Shown: piece after piece, positions 34,699 through 45,300 of the stretch | Layout of the letters: each line of letters opens with the position of its first letter | How positions within the stretch are numbered: the first letter of the stretch is position 1 | DNA from: an uncultured virus (IMG/VR IMGVR_UViG_3300025034_000006) | Taxonomy: Duplodnaviria > Heunggongvirae > Uroviricota > Caudoviricetes | IMG/VR virus record: IMGVR_UViG_3300025034_000006 | Direction: 5' to 3' (one strand) | DNA length: 46,062 bases | The notes under the pieces: model-generated | Database searches by the model: none | What the model was told of the DNA's origin: nothing | Seen by the model: the letters and a program-made list of their open reading frames with translations, nothing else | Position numbers and translations under genes: made by a program

Positions 34699-37600
34699 TG
34701 GGACAACTCGCGACCACCATTGCTGGCGGCGTCATCGGCTTTGCAATCGGCGGGCCCTTCGGGGCTCAGGTCGGGATGATGCTTGGCGGCATGATCGGTG
34801 CCACTTTGTTTGGTCCGACGGTCCATGGCCCGCGCCTCAACGACCTCAAGGTCACAGCCTCAACATATGGGGTCGCGATACCTGAAATCTACGGGACCGT
34901 CCGGGTGGGTGGAAACCTCATCTGGACCAGCGGCATCCGCGAAACCAAGAAGTCTTCGCGCCCCGGTAAGGGCGGACCGAAGCAGACAACCTATTCCTAC
35001 GATGCCACTTTCGCCATGGGCTTGTGTAAAGGGGAAGTGGGAGAGATTTTGCGTATCTGGGCTGACAGCAAGATCATCTACGACAAAACCGGAGGGACGA
35101 CCAGAACGCCGGCACCGAGCGGCGGTAGTGTCTTCCAGACCTTGTTCGTGGAAATCCTCAACGCAAAGAAAAAGAAGAAGCGGATCAACCTTCGTCTCTA
35201 CCGTGGCGACGAAAACCAACTTCCCGATTCTCTCATCGAAGCAGACAAGGGCGTGGGCAACGTTTCGGCTCACCGTGGGTTGGCTTATGTCGTGTTCGAA
35301 CGACTGGAGTTGGAGAACTTCGGTAATCGCATTCCTCAGATGACCTTCGAGGTTACCAAGGCGAGAACGCGTGGGTTGTCTGCCCTTCCCGTGCGTGATC
35401 GCAGCGGCGTCGTCGAGGACACTGCAAACCGCGATTGGCTCCCAGACTTTGCGTCCGGGCGTTTGCTCAGCTTCGACAGAAGCGGGGGTGGCACCAAGCT
35501 CTACAACACAGCGGACAACACCTTGATTGCAGAAGACGAGTCGATGGACTTCGATCTGAGCGACAAGTCCTACAGTCTGGTTGATGGTCAAAACGGATTG
35601 CTGGTTGCCAACTTCCCCAGCGGGGTAGGTTTCTCCTATTACAACACTGCGATTCTGACAAAGATCAAGGAATACAATTCCTCCACCGGAACTTCCAACA
35701 TTTGGGACCCGGAGGAGCAGGATATAACACTGGCAACGAATGGCAAGATCGGACACGGCCGATTTGTGTCAGGAACGTCAGGCGGCCTGCACGTCGTCCA
35801 TACCGACACGACCGGCAAGACTTTCTTGATGGACAGCGAAGGCCGTCTGCTCAACGAGGTCGATGCTCCGTTCCAGCCAGACGTATTCCTCGAAGGACGA
35901 CGTGACGCGCCCAACTCGCAGATCATCGGTTGGCGGTTTGCCAACGATCGCCTCGAAATGTTCGAGGTCAAGATCGGATCATCCGCGAACTATACCACCA
36001 TATCTGATGGCGCGACCACGACGTGGGTTCCTCAAGAAGACTTTGAGTTGAAAACCATCAACCTCAAACCATACCCCGATGAGAAATTCCAGCCGCTGGT
36101 TCTGGTCTATGATCCAACCGATGATCACTTCTTCTGTCTGGGTGTCGATCCTGACAAATACAATGACATGGGTTCGTTCGGCAACGGCGGCGGCGTCATC
36201 GTGTTCAAATACTCGATGGCGACCGAGACCTACAAGTTTCTGGTTAGACACGCTGGCACGCCTGTCCCTCGTGGCCTGACGCAGAACATGCGCGCCTCTA
36301 GGGTCGCCGGTGGCACATTCGGATGGGTAGGTAAACCGGTTGTTGGGGCTCCCACAGTCAATCAAGTGAGTCTGCAAACCGGCGGCCTTGAAAATCTCTT
36401 TGAGGCACAGGACGATTTTGGCTCCGGCTTGACCGGCGACGGGGACCAGTATTGGGATGATGAAACGGACAGCATCTTCGCCGACAGGATCGTCGGAGGG
36501 GAAACGAATAGCTACCGACTGCGCGTGAGTGACAGCGTGTCACAGGTGACCGTTCCAGCTATTGTCGAGGACATCTGTCTCCGCACTGGTGTCTTGGCAC
36601 CAGAAGACATTGACATCACTGAACTGGATGCCTCGCCTCTGGTCGGTTATTCTCTCGACCGGATGACCACGGCTCGCGACGCCTTGAAGCAGATGGCTAC
36701 AGCGTTTCTGTTTGACGGCTACGAAAGTGACTACAAGCTCAAGTTCCGCTCGCGGGGCGGGGATTCGGTTGTCAACATCCCGGAAGACTGGATGGTCCGG
36801 GAAGGCGAGGATGGTGTCATCAAAGAGACCATCACGCAAGAGCTTGAAATGCCGGTTCGGATCAGCGTCAACTATTACGACATTGCTCGCGATCACCAGC
36901 AGAACAGCCAGACCGCGAAGCGCAAGGTTGCCCCTTACCCGACCATGTGGACGGCCAAGGAAGACTTGATCGACCTGCCCATCACATGGGACGCGGACTC
37001 GGCCAAGCAGTGTGCAGACAAGTTGCTCAAGATGGCGTGGGCAAATCGGATCGGTCATCAGTTCAGCTTGCCGTGGCGCTATCTGAAATATGATCCGACC
37101 GATGTCGTCACCATCACGATGGAAAACCAGACGACTTACAATCTGCGTCTGACCGAAGCGAACATCGGGTCCAGCTTTTCGATCGAGGCGATGGCGGTTA
37201 GCGAAGTTGCGACCGCTTATGTCTCGACCGCGACCGGGGCCCAGTCGCCGGCTCCTATCCAGACCGTTGAGGGTGATGGGACGGCCTTCCCGATCATCAT
37301 GAATACACCGCTGCTGCGTGATGTCGATTACGACACCACTGGCTCCTCTATCTGCTACTTTTCGGCCGGCACCAATGAAGTCACCTTCAACGGGGCGGCA
37401 GTGTATATCGATGACGGTAGCGACTATCAGTCCGTTGGTGTCATCGATAGCCAGACGACCACAGGATACGTCGTAGAGGCTCTTCCGGATACGAATAGCT
37501 ACGAAGCCACCGACGACACCACGGTCCTGAGGGTGCGGCTGTCCGATCCAAGCATGGAGCTTGAGTCGGTCACTCAGGATGACATCCTGAATTTCGAAGC

Positions 37601-38297
37601 CAACTCGGCCTTGATCGGAAATGAAATCATCCAGTTTCGGGACGCAACACTGCTGCCGACCGGAGAGTGGGCGCTGACCGGCATCCTGCGTGCCCGTCGG
37701 GGCACCAACTACGCTGTGCTGGGCCACCAGCCGGGTGAGAACTTCCTGTTGGTCAACAGCCTCTCGACGGGAAAATTCTCTCGCCCGCCTGAGAGCTATG
37801 TGACAACTCGGTTGTTCAAGGCAGCCCCTGTTTCAGTGCCGTTGTCGGACGTGGTGCCTATCTCGGTGGACTTGATCCCGCGAGACCTCATGCCTTACAC
37901 CCCTGAGGCGGTCAAGGTGACCGATGACGCCACTGATGTAGTGATCAGCGCCGAACGCCGCTCGCGTGTCACAGCGCCTCTCAGAGACGGTCTGGGCACC
38001 ATTCACTACAAGGAAGGGGATATGCTCAGCGCCCGGATCGTTACCAAGGTCTGGTTCGGCAAGGGGTTGTCCGATGTGAACACCGTCGGTGATCCAGACC
38101 TGACCTTGACAAACTATTTGTTCGACGCCGCCGGTCAAGACATCCCTGTGGAAGCAACCTTCCCTGTGGCTTCTCTGGGTGCCGAGGACATGATCCTGAT
38201 CCAACTCGCAGAGATCGGTGAAGTGACAGGCACGCCCAAGTGGGTGCAAGCCATCCGAAATGGTCCAGCCGGGTGGGACCTCCTCGAATTATATTGA
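34698..38297 (+). CDS. Tail tip/host-specificity protein, copy 1 (GTA megatron/gpJ-like)
   Basis: STYG..IP.IYGTVRVGGNLIW, AHRGLAYVVFE...LE.FGNRIP, LRARRGT motifs. Confidence 0.9.
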   Translation: MGQLATTIAGGVIGFAIGGPFGAQVGMMLGGMIGATLFGPTVHGPRLNDLKVTASTYGVAIPEIYGTVRVGGNLIWTSGIRETKKSSRPGKGGPKQTTYSYDATFAMGLCKGEVGEILRIWADSKIIYDKTGGTTRTPAPSGGSVFQTLFVEILNAKKKKKRINLRLYRGDENQLPDSLIEADKGVGNVSAHRGLAYVVFERLELENFGNRIPQMTFEVTKARTRGLSALPVRDRSGVVEDTANRDWLPDFASGRLLSFDRSGGGTKLYNTADNTLIAEDESMDFDLSDKSYSLVDGQNGLLVANFPSGVGFSYYNTAILTKIKEYNSSTGTSNIWDPEEQDITLATNGKIGHGRFVSGTSGGLHVVHTDTTGKTFLMDSEGRLLNEVDAPFQPDVFLEGRRDAPNSQIIGWRFANDRLEMFEVKIGSSANYTTISDGATTTWVPQEDFELKTINLKPYPDEKFQPLVLVYDPTDDHFFCLGVDPDKYNDMGSFGNGGGVIVFKYSMATETYKFLVRHAGTPVPRGLTQNMRASRVAGGTFGWVGKPVVGAPTVNQVSLQTGGLENLFEAQDDFGSGLTGDGDQYWDDETDSIFADRIVGGETNSYRLRVSDSVSQVTVPAIVEDICLRTGVLAPEDIDITELDASPLVGYSLDRMTTARDALKQMATAFLFDGYESDYKLKFRSRGGDSVVNIPEDWMVREGEDGVIKETITQELEMPVRISVNYYDIARDHQQNSQTAKRKVAPYPTMWTAKEDLIDLPITWDADSAKQCADKLLKMAWANRIGHQFSLPWRYLKYDPTDVVTITMENQTTYNLRLTEANIGSSFSIEAMAVSEVATAYVSTATGAQSPAPIQTVEGDGTAFPIIMNTPLLRDVDYDTTGSSICYFSAGTNEVTFNGAAVYIDDGSDYQSVGVIDSQTTTGYVVEALPDTNSYEATDDTTVLRVRLSDPSMELESVTQDDILNFEANSALIGNEIIQFRDATLLPTGEWALTGILRARRGTNYAVLGHQPGENFLLVNSLSTGKFSRPPESYVTTRLFKAAPVSVPLSDVVPISVDLIPRDLMPYTPEAVKVTDDATDVVISAERRSRVTAPLRDGLGTIHYKEGDMLSARIVTKVWFGKGLSDVNTVGDPDLTLTNYLFDAAGQDIPVEATFPVASLGAEDMILIQLAEIGEVTGTPKWVQAIRNGPAGWDLLELY

Positions 38298-38322
38298 CAA
38301 CCACCGCCATTTTCCCTATACA
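38294..38322 (+). promoter_or_regulatory. Promoter TTGACA-N17-TATACA overlapping stop codon; CACCGCCATTTT in spacer
   Basis: Paralogous to 42312-42340. Confidence 0.7.
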
Positions 38323-38344
38323 CTCTCCTCATTTAGGATAGCCG

Positions 38345-38746
38345 ATGCCCAACACGCCGCTCCTCAACATCCCGCAGGTTTCGGCCTCTCAGAACAACAA
38401 AGAGATCACCATCAACGACTCGATCCTCGCATTGGAAAATGCGACGAATGCGAATCTGGATGTTTCCTTTACGAGCAGCAACGACGTTGTTCTGACCCAG
38501 ACCCAAGCTACCCGAAACTTCATCTACACCGCGATCGACGCGACGGGAGTAAGCACTTTGCGATTCCCGAACACGATCGGTGCTGCGAACTTCAACCGGG
38601 TCGTCTGCGTCCGCAACACCAGCGGCGCTGTTCTGACTGTAAGCTTCGAGACCGGGGCTGGTGCTGCCGTGGAAATCCCGGACGGACAGGCCCGCTTGAT
38701 TCTCGCTGTCAACGGGTTGGACATGATCGCGGTTTCTGCGCCTTAA
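38345..38746 (+). CDS. Short tail-fibre adaptor-like protein (paralogue of fibre N-terminus)
   Basis: MPNTPLLNIPQVSASQNNKEITINDSILALENATN vs MPSTPILGITQVSTSQNGKETTINDAIIALENATN at 42364. Confidence 0.8.
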   Translation: MPNTPLLNIPQVSASQNNKEITINDSILALENATNANLDVSFTSSNDVVLTQTQATRNFIYTAIDATGVSTLRFPNTIGAANFNRVVCVRNTSGAVLTVSFETGAGAAVEIPDGQARLILAVNGLDMIAVSAP

Positions 38747-38766
38747 TTATCAGATAGCCAAAACCC

Positions 38767-41700
38767 ATGGGTCAACTTGTTACCACCATCGCCGGCGGCG
38801 TCATCGGCTTCTTGATCGGCGGCCCGATGGGCGCGTCGATCGGTATGGCACTTGGTGGTATGATTGGTGCTACCTTGTTCGGTCCGACCATCAAGGGACC
38901 GCGCCTCAACGATCTCAAGGTTTCCTCCTCGACCTACGGGATTGCGATCCCTGAAATCTACGGAACCGTTCGGCTCAGCACGAACTTGATCTGGACAACC
39001 GGGATCAAGGAAACCAAGAAGACACGCCGCGCCGGTAAGGGTGGCCCGAAGATCGAAACCTACTCCTACGATGCTTCCTTTGCCCTAGGACTGTGTAAGG
39101 GCCCGATCCGGGAAGTTCTTCGTATCTGGGCTGACAGCAAGCTCATTTACGATGTCAGCAGCAATGGCACCCGTAACCCGCTCAACGCAGGTCAGTCAGG
39201 TATTCTCGCACCCATTCTTCTGTCCTTCCGAACCGGAAGCACAAAGAAGAAGCGGGTCAATATGCGTATCTACCTCGGTAACGAAGAGCAGCTTCCAGAC
39301 TCCCTGATCGAAGCCGATAAGGGTGTTGGGAACGTCTCGGCTCATCGCGGCTTGGCTTATGTCGTGTTTGAGCGACTCCAGCTTGAGGATTTCGGTAACC
39401 GGATTCCCCAGTTCACAATGGAAGTCACTAAGGCTCCTGCCGAATCTTTTCCTTCTGTCGAAGTCAAAGAAGGACCGGCCGGCCCGGTAGAGCGGCCCGA
39501 TGGACGATTCTGGTTTCCTGACTGGGAAAACGGCAAAGTCTATTCCAGCATCATCGGGGATGACACCACACAGGTGTTTGATCTCAATACCATGCAGCAA
39601 ATGCAGAGTTGGTCGGGATCGGATATGTGGTTGACTAAACGCTATGGCTTTGCGCCTTGGGCTGGTATTTTCTTCGAGGACGCCGGGTCTGGTAACTCGC
39701 GTCCATTAGCCATTTATAGCCTCAGCACTGGCGCTCGTATCAATCTTGTAGGTGTTGGTTCCCGCTCTCTGTCTGGATTTTATGTCCAGAGTGGACCGGA
39801 CCAAGGTGCTTTAGCTATGGGTGCTAATTTTGGTAACCAAGCTACCGCAACCTTGGATGGGCGATACATCGTTCTGGCAGGGTGGACACGCGATAACTGG
39901 ATCATCACACCGGGCGGGCAACCGGTGGGCTGGTATGAATCAGCTTGGTCTCCGCAACACTTGTTCCCAGCCCTTGGCTCTGTGTGGGGCTGGCGTAATG
40001 GAAACAACGGCCTCCAGATCGCTGACTTCTTGAGCGGTGGGATTGGAGGGTTTACCTTAGCTCCGCCTGATAATAACGGAAATGTCTTTTGGAGACAAGG
40101 TGGTAGCCTTGCTTTCAACACGACGTTGCGTCCGTTACCGGGTGAAACTTACATTGCATCGCTTTGTCTTTACGATCCATCTGACGGACATTTTTTCTCT
40201 GTTGGTCGCTCGAACGATGGAACACGATCCATCGCTGTTGCATTCAAATATAATCCGCTAACGGGGTTATATAAATTCATCAATGCCGACCCGGAAATCA
40301 TAGTCCCAAGTGGCCCTATGCAATGGTCCCGCTTAAATGGTGGAACTTTTGGTTACATTGCTGATAGCCTTAACCGTAACTTTAAAGTAAACTTGCAGCA
40401 GATCAGCCTACAGGATGGTTCGATCGTAAAAGACGTTCCTTATGGTAGCACTTGGGGTGGCCCTATCTATATCAGCGGTCGGCAATACTGGGATGATGTT
40501 AGCGGTAGTATTATCACTACAACCAGATACAATTTCCGTCGTATCTGGTTCAACGACAGTGCGAAAGCTGTCAGACTTTCTGATGTGGTCAGGGATATTG
40601 CTACGAAGTCCAACGTTCTGACTGTTGATGATGTTGACACCACCGGATTGTTCAACGAGGAGATCATTGGTTTTTCCATTGATCGGCAATCGTCAGCAGC
40701 CGATGCTCTAAAGCAGTTGGCTACTGGTTATATGTTCGACGCGTTCGAGAGTGACTACAAGCTCAAGTTCCGGACGCGAGGACGCGACTCCGAAGTTGTC
40801 ATTCCACAAGATTGGCTTGCTCGGCCGGGCGACGAGATGATCAAGGAGAACCTTGTTCAGGAACTTGAAATGCCTCTCAAGGTCACGGTGAACTACTATG
40901 ATACTTCGCGTGATCACCAACAGGGATCGCAGTCGTCTCGCCGCAATTCCGGCCCATTTCCGACCATGTGGACGGCCAAGGAAGACATCATTGACTTGCC
41001 GCTGGTATGGACGCCGGATATGGCTAAGCAATCGGCTGACAAGCTTCTCAAGATGGCGTGGGCAAACCGCGTCGGACTGCAATTCAGCTTGCCGTGGCGC
41101 TACCTGAAATATGAGCCTTCGGACGTGATCACGATCACCACCGATAAGGCTGTCTATTTCACACGCTTGACTGAGGTTACGATCGGGCAGGACTTCTCGA
41201 TCGAAGCGTCCGGGGTGACTGAGAAAGCCAGCGCCTATGTCTCGACCAAAGTAGGTAGCCGGGTCGAATCCCCTGAGCAAACAATTGAAGATGGTTACCC
41301 AGCCTATCCGATCGTGATTAACACACCGTTATTGCGGGATGAAGATTACGACACAAGTGGTTCATCTGTATGTTTCGTTTCCGCTGGAACAAATGCCTTC
41401 ACTTTCAGTGGAGCAGCAATCTATGTCTACGATGGTATCGAAGATCAGCGGATTGGGTTCATCGGAGCCGACACTACGCGTGGGGTGGTGATCAACGAAC
41501 TCCCCTACACCACGGCTTACGAATCGACGGATGAAACTACTGTCTTGCGGGTAGTATTGAACAACCCCAACGATGAGCTTGAGTCTGTGACGCAACTAGA
41601 CATGCTCAACTTCGACATGAACGCGGCCTTGGTTGGTGAGGAAGTCATTCAGTTCCGGGACGCTGTTCAGCAGCCCAACGGTGAGTGGTGGCTGACCGGG

Positions 41701-42315
41701 CTCCGTCGGGCGCGACGCGGCACCAACTATGCGTTGCGTAGTCACAAGCCGAACGAACTCTTTCTGCTTCTGGAACCACAGGCAATTACCTCGTTTGTCC
41801 GGCCGCCGGAATCCTACGTGACTACGACTGAGATCGTTGCTGTCACCGCTGGGCAGATTATTGCAGATGCAATCCCAGTCCGGGCAGACCTCCAGCCTCG
41901 CGATCTCATGCCTTACACCCCGGAAGACATCAAGATCGACGACGATGGTTCTGACATCACCATCATGGTTCAACGTCGTTCGCGGATTATTGCTCCGTTG
42001 CAGGATGGGATTAGCAACATCCACTTCAAGGAAGGTGCAAAGCAAACGTCCAAGATCGCCTGTCAGGTGTGGCCGGGTCGAGGCTTCGAGGTGATCGATA
42101 CAAACCTCCCACCTACGCTGGTTGAGCATGTCCCGATCTTTGATTCCAACGGGCAAGACCTTCCGTTGGAAATCAGCTTCCCACTCTCGACACTGGGATC
42201 ATCCACAAATTTTGTGGCCCGGATCACCGAACAAGGTGTGGTGGATGGCATCGCCAAGTGGATCGCTTTCGAGCGGGTAGGTGAGGGACGCTGGAACCAG
42301 ACCGAATTTTATTGA
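38767..42315 (+). CDS. Tail tip/host-specificity protein, copy 2
   Basis: Full-length paralogue of 34698-38297 with divergent central domain. Confidence 0.9.
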   Translation: MGQLVTTIAGGVIGFLIGGPMGASIGMALGGMIGATLFGPTIKGPRLNDLKVSSSTYGIAIPEIYGTVRLSTNLIWTTGIKETKKTRRAGKGGPKIETYSYDASFALGLCKGPIREVLRIWADSKLIYDVSSNGTRNPLNAGQSGILAPILLSFRTGSTKKKRVNMRIYLGNEEQLPDSLIEADKGVGNVSAHRGLAYVVFERLQLEDFGNRIPQFTMEVTKAPAESFPSVEVKEGPAGPVERPDGRFWFPDWENGKVYSSIIGDDTTQVFDLNTMQQMQSWSGSDMWLTKRYGFAPWAGIFFEDAGSGNSRPLAIYSLSTGARINLVGVGSRSLSGFYVQSGPDQGALAMGANFGNQATATLDGRYIVLAGWTRDNWIITPGGQPVGWYESAWSPQHLFPALGSVWGWRNGNNGLQIADFLSGGIGGFTLAPPDNNGNVFWRQGGSLAFNTTLRPLPGETYIASLCLYDPSDGHFFSVGRSNDGTRSIAVAFKYNPLTGLYKFINADPEIIVPSGPMQWSRLNGGTFGYIADSLNRNFKVNLQQISLQDGSIVKDVPYGSTWGGPIYISGRQYWDDVSGSIITTTRYNFRRIWFNDSAKAVRLSDVVRDIATKSNVLTVDDVDTTGLFNEEIIGFSIDRQSSAADALKQLATGYMFDAFESDYKLKFRTRGRDSEVVIPQDWLARPGDEMIKENLVQELEMPLKVTVNYYDTSRDHQQGSQSSRRNSGPFPTMWTAKEDIIDLPLVWTPDMAKQSADKLLKMAWANRVGLQFSLPWRYLKYEPSDVITITTDKAVYFTRLTEVTIGQDFSIEASGVTEKASAYVSTKVGSRVESPEQTIEDGYPAYPIVINTPLLRDEDYDTSGSSVCFVSAGTNAFTFSGAAIYVYDGIEDQRIGFIGADTTRGVVINELPYTTAYESTDETTVLRVVLNNPNDELESVTQLDMLNFDMNAALVGEEVIQFRDAVQQPNGEWWLTGLRRARRGTNYALRSHKPNELFLLLEPQAITSFVRPPESYVTTTEIVAVTAGQIIADAIPVRADLQPRDLMPYTPEDIKIDDDGSDITIMVQRRSRIIAPLQDGISNIHFKEGAKQTSKIACQVWPGRGFEVIDTNLPPTLVEHVPIFDSNGQDLPLEISFPLSTLGSSTNFVARITEQGVVDGIAKWIAFERVGEGRWNQTEFY

Positions 42316-42340
42316 CATCCAGCGACATTTTGACTATACA
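42312..42340 (+). promoter_or_regulatory. Promoter TTGACA-N17-TATACA overlapping stop codon; CGACATTTT in spacer
   Basis: Paralogous to 38294-38322. Confidence 0.7.
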
Positions 42341-42363
42341 CTGTCGCCTCATAGAGAGCCCTA

Positions 42364-45300
42364 ATGCCCAGCACACCCATCCTCGGTATCACGCAGGTTT
42401 CGACTTCTCAGAACGGGAAAGAGACCACGATCAACGACGCGATCATCGCGTTGGAAAACGCGACCAACGCAAAGTTGGCCGTGTCGATGGCTGCTGGTAA
42501 CGTTACTCTGAGCGTCCCCGAAGCAACACGGAACTTCATTTTCACAGCCGCCGGGGCAACAGAAGCCAGTGAGTTGCTTTTTCCGATCGAGGTCAACGGT
42601 AACCCATACAATCGTGTGATCGTGGTTCGGAATGTTAGCGGCCACGGCCTTACCGTTCGCTTTGTTTCGGGTGGTGGTGATACCGTCACGATCCCGAACG
42701 GAGAGTCGCGCCTGATCAGTGCCGCTGATGGGCTCGACATGAGCGTTGCGGCTGAACCGCCGAGCGTCATTACGTTTCTGTCCCTGACTGATGCCCCTGA
42801 GACTTTCACCGGTCAGACTGGGAAGTTTTTGTCCGTCAACGAGACCGAAACCGCTCTGGAGTTCACGGACGCCGCTGTGTTCCCGACACTCGCAGGTAAC
42901 GCTAACCGATTCTTGAAAGTCAATTCCGGAGCCACCGGTGTCGAGTGGTCAGAAATTGATTTTGCTGGTGCTTTCACAGAGCTATCCGACACACCGGCCA
43001 GCTATGCTGGGCAAGGTGGAAAGCTCGTTAGGGTAAATGATCTTGCCACTGGCCTTGAGTTCGTGGAAGCGTCGGACGCCGAAGCGGTCAACTTCCAAGA
43101 AGCCAGCCGCTGGCGCATCCTCCTGCTTGAGCCGGGTGTGTGGCCTGAGAACCCTCCGGGTGTGGAGCCGGGAGACCCTGAGTTCATTGAGCAGACCGAT
43201 CAGGTAGGCTTCGGTGAAGTCGAGTTCTTGGATCAGGATGGAATCGATCTCACCGGGACCGGGACCGCTACGGCTTCCAACTTCCTGACGGGAAACGAAC
43301 CGAGCCGGGCATTCAACAACAACACTGACCCGGCTGACGGCTGGCTGACCGAAGCCACCTACGTCGGTGAAGTCTGGATCGAATACGACTTTGGGGCTCC
43401 TGTGGCTCCGCGCCGCGTTCGGCTGTCTTCGATCGACTCCTTCCCGCAATACGGCACCACACGCTTCCTGATCCAGTATTGGGACGGAAGCGCTTGGATC
43501 AGCTTAGGTGACCGCTCGCCGGCACCTTGGGAATCTGGGGTTCCCCAGACGTTCAAGATCAATGGTATCCCGCTGGACTTCCTTGAGGAAGCCCCGTCGA
43601 ACGGATCGCTGTATGGTCGGATCGACGGCGAGTGGTTGAAGATCAACGCCGAGGTCGTTTCAGACAACACGACCACCAGCAATCTCGATGCTTCTCAGAC
43701 CTTCCAGTATCGGCGCTACATCAACGAAGGCACCAAGACACTCAATATCCGAGCGAACATCGATCATCCGACTCCAGCGGATGGTGAGTGGTATGTCTAC
43801 GTGGCGGTCGGAGCCGCCTTGAGCATTGTCCCGGCACCGGGCGTAACAGTGAATGCACCGGCCGGTGGATCGCTCATTGTGCCCTTAAATGGCACCGTGC
43901 GGATCAAGCGCGTAGCTGTCGATGTCTACGATGTGTTTGGCGACACTGTGTCGTCAGGCGGCGTGGGCGCGGAAGATATTCCGCCGATCATCGGTAATGA
44001 GAACAAGCTACTGGCGGTCAAGCCGGATGCCAGTGGTATCGAATGGATTACACCGCCGGTTACTTACACCGACGAGAACGCCCGCGATGCGCTGGCAACA
44101 GCTTTGGTGGCCGGCACCAACGTTACGATCGTCAACAACGATGCGGCAAACACGATCACCATCTCGGCTGCTTCGATCGGTCTGGATGCCGAACAGGTTC
44201 GGGATACGATAGGAGCGGCGCTACGCGCCGGGACAAACCTGTCGTGGTCGATCAATGATGCTGGGGATACGATCACGATCTCGACTAGTGCGTTGGATGC
44301 CGAAGGGGTTCGCGACACTATCGGTGCGTCTCTCGTGGCCGGTGCCAACATGGCGATCAGCGTCAATGACGCGGCGAACACTATCTCGCTTGCTGCGACG
44401 ATGGACACCGAGGTCATTCAAGACATCGTAGCGGACACCTTGGTGGCCGGCTCGAACACCTTGATCACCTATGACGACGTGACCGGAACCATCACGATAG
44501 ACTCGCTCGGAGGCGGGGGCGGAGGAGGTCTGGACGCTGAGCAAGTCCGCGATGTGGTTGGCGCTACGCTGGCCGCTGGGAACAATATCACGATCAACGT
44601 GAACGACGCAGCCGACACGATTACGATCGACTCGACCACCGACCCGGAAGTTGTCCGGGACACGATCTCTTCCGCTCTGGTCGCGGGCTCGAACGTTACG
44701 ATCGTCCACAACGACGCAGCGAACACCATCACCGTTTCGGTGGCGATGGATCAGGAAGTCATTCGCGACACGATTGGTTCCGCCTTGGTGGCTGGTGATG
44801 GCATCACCATCACACCGAACGACGCGGGAAATACCATCACAATCACCGCGACTGGCGGGGGCGGGGGAGGCTCGACCGACCCGGAAATCGTGCGTGATGT
44901 GATTGGGACCGCGCTGGTGGCCGGTGCCAATGTCACGATCACTGTAAATGATCTAGGCGATACGATCACCATCGCAGCATCCGGCGGTCTGGATGCCGAA
45001 GCGGTGCGCGACACGATCGGTGCTACGCTGGTGGCTGGCACGAACATCACTGTCGATGTCAACGATGCGGCCAACACGATCACGATCAGTTCGGCGACAA
45101 ACCCGGAAACGATCCGAGACACCATGGCTTCGGCTCTGGTGGCCGGGGCTAACATCACCATTACCCCGAACGACGCGGCTGATACGATCACGATCACGGC
45201 CGCTTCGGACCCTGAGTTCGTCCGGGACACCATCGCTACCGCGCTGGTGGCGGGAAGCAACATCCTGATCACCCACGATGATGTGGCGAACACGATCACA

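Noticed and set aside
32835..38297. Gene transfer agent cluster
   Set aside because: GTA-like tail genes are shared with alphaproteobacterial siphoviruses; the 1590-aa tape measure, DUF4055 portal and early array indicate a true phage
35160..39255. NLS-like KKKKKR/KKKR in both tip proteins
   Set aside because: Basic patch in a conserved structural region; no reason to infer eukaryotic targeting
34698..42315. Diversity-generating retroelement or invertase shufflon for the tip paralogues
   Set aside because: No reverse transcriptase, no adenine-specific TR/VR pair seen, no inverted cassettes or recombinase
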